A stretch of 64,000 nucleotides of DNA from Bacteroidales bacterium (lineage in GTDB: Bacteria; Bacteroidota; Bacteroidia; Bacteroidales; UBA932): the NCBI GenBank assembly GCA_024401995.1, contig JAKSJZ010000003.1:13512-77511 (forward strand), in the 5' to 3' direction. The notes under the pieces were generated by a model that saw only the letters and a program-made list of their open reading frames with translations, did no database searches and was not told the DNA's origin. Below are positions 60,711-64,000 of this stretch, in pieces; positions within the stretch are counted from its first letter, which is position 1, and the number at the start of each line of letters is the position of its first letter. A program made the position numbers and the translations under genes.

Positions 60711-62231
60711 TCAGATAAGAGATTCTGCAGTCATTGCCGCCGGCTGGGGGATACCCATCAGCTTGAGCACCGTCGGAGCGACGTTGCAGAGGGCGCCGTC
60801 CTTCACGGACTTGACCTCGTCGCCGGCTCCTATCACTATGAACTGCACCTGATTGAGCGAATGTGCCGTATTGGGCGAACCGTCCTCGTTGACCGCATAA
60901 TCGGCATTGCCGTGGTCTGCAGTCAGGAGCACCACGTATCCGTGGGCCAACGCTTCCGTGACGACCTTCTCCACAAGGGAGTCTATCGTCTTGACGGCCT
61001 TGCAGATAGCCTCATACACACCGGTATGCCCCACCATATCGCCGTTGGCGAAATTCAGGATAATCGCATCTTCCTTCTCCCCGCGAATCGCCTCGACAAG
61101 TCTGTCGGCCACCTCGGGGGCGCTCATCTCGGGCTGGAGGTCATAAGTGGCGACCTTGGGGGAAGCCACCAGTATCCTGTCCTCGTTCTCGAAAGGCGTC
61201 TCGCGACCTCCGTTGAAAAAGAAGGTGACGTGGGCATACTTTTCCGTCTCCGCTATGCGAAGTTGCCTCTTACCGTTGCGGGCCAGGGTCTCGCCGAGCG
61301 TATCGGTGACAGTCTCCTTGTCGAAGAGTATGTGCAGCCCCGTGAACGAAGCGTCATACGGAGTAAGACAGCAATAGTATAGCGGTATGGTCTTCATACC
61401 CTGCTCTGGCATATCGGTCTGGGTAAGTACCGCCGTTATCTCCCTTGCCCTGTCGTTGCGGAAGTTGTAGAAGATGACGGCATCCCCCTCCTCCACCTTC
61501 GCGACAGGCTTTCCTCCGTCCTCGATGACCACGGGCTTGATGAATTCGTCCGTCACGTCCGCCGCATAGGAAGCCTTGATGGCTTCTTCGGCGCTTGCGA
61601 ACCGGGCGCCCTTGCCGTCCACAAGCATATCATAAGCCTGCTTGATCCGATCCCAGCGCTTGTCGCGGTCCATCGCATAGAAGCGCCCGCACACGGAAGC
61701 AATCCTTCCGGTGGTCGAAGCCATCTTCTCCTCCAGCTCCTTCACGAAGCCCAGCCCGGAACGGGGGTCCGTATCGCGTCCGTCCATAAAGCAATGGACA
61801 TACACGTCCTTCAGCCCCTCCTTCGAAGCGTCGGAAAGGAACTCGTAGAGGTGGTCGAGACTGGAATGAACTCCACCGTGAGAGCAGAGCCCGAAGAAGT
61901 GGAGCTTGCGCCCGCTCTTCTTCACGTAGTCGAAGACCGCGGCGATTTCAGGATTCCTCCTCAGCGCGTGGTCCTTGCACGCCATATTTATTTTCACGAG
62001 GTCCTGGTATATGACCCGGCCCGCACCAAGATTCATATGTCCCACCTCCGAATTGCCCATCTGCCCGTCCGGGAGGCCTACATACTCGCCGCAGGCGTTC
62101 AGGTGCGACATCGGATAGCGGGCGCGCAACGAATCTATGAACGGGGTTCCCTGCGTATAAATCGCATTCGAACGGTCGCGGCGACCCTCGCCCCAACCGT
62201 CCAGAATCATCAAAAGTACTTTTCTGTTCAT
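60711..62231 (-). CDS. gpmI: 2,3-bisphosphoglycerate-independent phosphoglycerate mutase
   Basis: [56 protein letters not shown]. Confidence 0.97.
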   Translation of the reverse strand: MNRKVLLMILDGWGEGRRDRSNAIYTQGTPFIDSLRARYPMSHLNACGEYVGLPDGQMGNSEVGHMNLGAGRVIYQDLVKINMACKDHALRRNPEIAAVFDYVKKSGRKLHFFGLCSHGGVHSSLDHLYEFLSDASKEGLKDVYVHCFMDGRDTDPRSGLGFVKELEEKMASTTGRIASVCGRFYAMDRDKRWDRIKQAYDMLVDGKGARFASAEEAIKASYAADVTDEFIKPVVIEDGGKPVAKVEEGDAVIFYNFRNDRAREITAVLTQTDMPEQGMKTIPLYYCCLTPYDASFTGLHILFDKETVTDTLGETLARNGKRQLRIAETEKYAHVTFFFNGGRETPFENEDRILVASPKVATYDLQPEMSAPEVADRLVEAIRGEKEDAIILNFANGDMVGHTGVYEAICKAVKTIDSLVEKVVTEALAHGYVVLLTADHGNADYAVNEDGSPNTAHSLNQVQFIVIGAGDEVKSVKDGALCNVAPTVLKLMGIPQPAAMTAESLI

Positions 62232-62240
62232 CGTCTTCTA

Positions 62241-64000
62241 TTATTTCAGTCCTCTCGCCTTGAGCAGGTACTCCGGATTGGGGTCGGCACCGGTAAAGTT
62301 GCGGAAGAGCGTCATCGGCTCCTCGCTTCCGCCCCGGCTCAGGATGCAGTCGCGGAACCGCCTGCCGGTCTGCGGGTTGAGCACGCCTTCGCGCACGAAC
62401 ACCTGGAAAGCGTCCTTGTCGAGCACCTCGGCCCAGAGATAGCCGTAATAACCCGCGCTGTAGCCGGAGCTGCCGAACACGTGGTTGAAGTATGTGCTGC
62501 GGTATCTGGGGATAATCTCCGAGATGAGCCCCATATCGGAGCACACCTTGCTCTCGAACTCATCCACATCGATTCCCTCCACCGAAGAAAGCTCGTGCCA
62601 TTTCATATCCAGGATGCTGGCCGCGCAGAGTTCACCGGTGACGAAACCCTGATTGAAGGTGGAAGCCGCCTCCATCTTGGCCACAAGCTCGTCGGGGATA
62701 ACCTCGCCGGTCTTGTAATGGAAAGCATATGTCTGGAGCACTTCCTTGCGGAAAGCCCAGTTCTCATTTATCTGGGAAGGCAGTTCGACGAAATCCTGCT
62801 TGGTGGACGTCCCGCTGAGAGAACGGTAAGTACACTGGCTGAGCAGCCCGTGGAGCGCGTGTCCGAACTCGTGGAACATAGTCTCGACCTGATCGATGGT
62901 AAGCAGCGACGGCTTCTCGGCCGAAGGCTTGTTGAAGTTCCCCACATTGACTATGACCGGACGGATATCGCGTCCGTCGGGGGTCTTGTACTGCTCCACG
63001 AAATTGGTCATCCAGGCTCCTCCCCTCTTGGTATCGCGGGGGTAATAATCGGTGATTATCACTCCTATGAGCGAGCCGTCTGCATCGCTCACCTTGAAAG
63101 CTTCCGCTTCCGGATTGTAAAGCCCGACACCCGCTATAGGCTCGAAAGAGATGCCGTAAAGCTTCGACGCGTTGGCAAACACGCCTGCACGCACATTCTC
63201 CATCTTGAAATACTCCATAGCCTCGCTCTCGTCGAAATCGAAACGTGCCTTGCGCACGCGCTCGCCGTAGTACAAATAATCCCACGGCTCGATTTTCGAG
63301 CCCCCCGGAAGAAGCCCCTCGGCAATATCCCCGTCCATAACATCCTGCATATCCTCCACTTCCTCGCGGGCGCGAGCCATCGCCGCGTCCATAATCTCGG
63401 CAAGGAAAGTGTCAACCGTTGCGGGGTCGTGGGCCATCTTGTCGTCAAGGATGAAGGCGGCGGGGGTGTCGAACCCGAGGAGATGCGCCTTCTCGATACG
63501 GAGTTCCATCTCGCGGAGCACGTTAGCCCTGTTGTCGAACTCATCGCCGTGGGCGCACCTGGTCGAATAGGCCCTGAAGACCTTCTCGCGCTCTGCCCTG
63601 TCGGATATGGAAGCCATTCTGTCATAATACTCCGAAACGGGGAAGCCGACCTGCGCATTGAAATTGTTGGACTCGCTCAGCAGGTTGTTGGCAAAAGTCA
63701 GGGCGAGCATAGACAGCTCGCTGTTGATGGCCTTCAGACGCTCGCGGGACTCTTCGGGGAGAGCGACTCCGTTGCGGACAAAGGACTCGTAATAATCCTT
63801 CAGCAACATCTGCTGCTCCCTTGTCAGACTGCTGCAGTCGCCCTCGTACACCGCCTTGACCCTCTCGAAAAGGGCCACGTTCATAAAGATATTGTCCGAA
63901 TGCTCGGATATGAGCGGGGTGGCCGTCTCGACGACCTTGTTGAGAGCCGGGCTGAAGTCGGACTCGATGATTGCGAAAAGAAGCGCGGAAGCCTTGCCAA
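62241..64000 (-). CDS. dcp: M3 family metallopeptidase (peptidyl-dipeptidase Dcp-like), 5' partial
   Basis: KRGGAWM, FHEFGHALH, DFVELPSQ, YSAGYYGYLWAEVLD; frame open to the window end. Confidence 0.92.
   Translation of the reverse strand, partial: GKASALLFAIIESDFSPALNKVVETATPLISEHSDNIFMNVALFERVKAVYEGDCSSLTREQQMLLKDYYESFVRNGVALPEESRERLKAINSELSMLALTFANNLLSESNNFNAQVGFPVSEYYDRMASISDRAEREKVFRAYSTRCAHGDEFDNRANVLREMELRIEKAHLLGFDTPAAFILDDKMAHDPATVDTFLAEIMDAAMARAREEVEDMQDVMDGDIAEGLLPGGSKIEPWDYLYYGERVRKARFDFDESEAMEYFKMENVRAGVFANASKLYGISFEPIAGVGLYNPEAEAFKVSDADGSLIGVIITDYYPRDTKRGGAWMTNFVEQYKTPDGRDIRPVIVNVGNFNKPSAEKPSLLTIDQVETMFHEFGHALHGLLSQCTYRSLSGTSTKQDFVELPSQINENWAFRKEVLQTYAFHYKTGEVIPDELVAKMEAASTFNQGFVTGELCAASILDMKWHELSSVEGIDVDEFESKVCSDMGLISEIIPRYRSTYFNHVFGSSGYSAGYYGYLWAEVLDKDAFQVFVREGVLNPQTGRRFRDCILSRGGSEEPMTLFRNFTGADPNPEYLLKARGLK

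Overview
A GC-rich (roughly 60%) and very gene-dense stretch of bacterial chromosome made almost entirely of housekeeping genes. It comes from a member of the Bacteroidales: TAnnTTTG -7 promoter boxes, A/T-rich starts without Shine-Dalgarno sites, a T9SS-type C-terminal domain with a PorV-like barrel, KMGKS CysRS and KISTS MetRS. A finer placement (a high-GC Rikenellaceae/RC9-like lineage) is only a guess. There are 55 CDSs, including cysS (partial), nfnAB, rnfBCDGEA, dnaB, alaS, lptB, dnaX, metG, dnaG, recQ, serC, uvrA, recO, rdgB, rsgA, rnr, manA, gpmI and dcp (partial). I see no tRNA, rRNA, CRISPR array, prophage or IS. The most notable observations: (1) an in-frame fusion of an LptF/G LPS-export permease to a complete methionyl-tRNA formyltransferase; (2) a lipoprotein subtilase with a T9SS-type CTD coupled to its own small PorV-like barrel; (3) a membrane polyferredoxin with an internal twin-arginine motif paired with a Tat-signal Fe-S aldo/keto reductase; (4) -7 promoter boxes repeatedly placed 5-8 nt before start codons, implying leaderless mRNAs, including a perfectly palindromic bidirectional promoter; (5) an AlaRS editing motif reading CGGCQ instead of CxxxH; (6) apparent loop or domain deletions in several housekeeping enzymes. 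All family assignments are by motif recognition by eye, not database searches.
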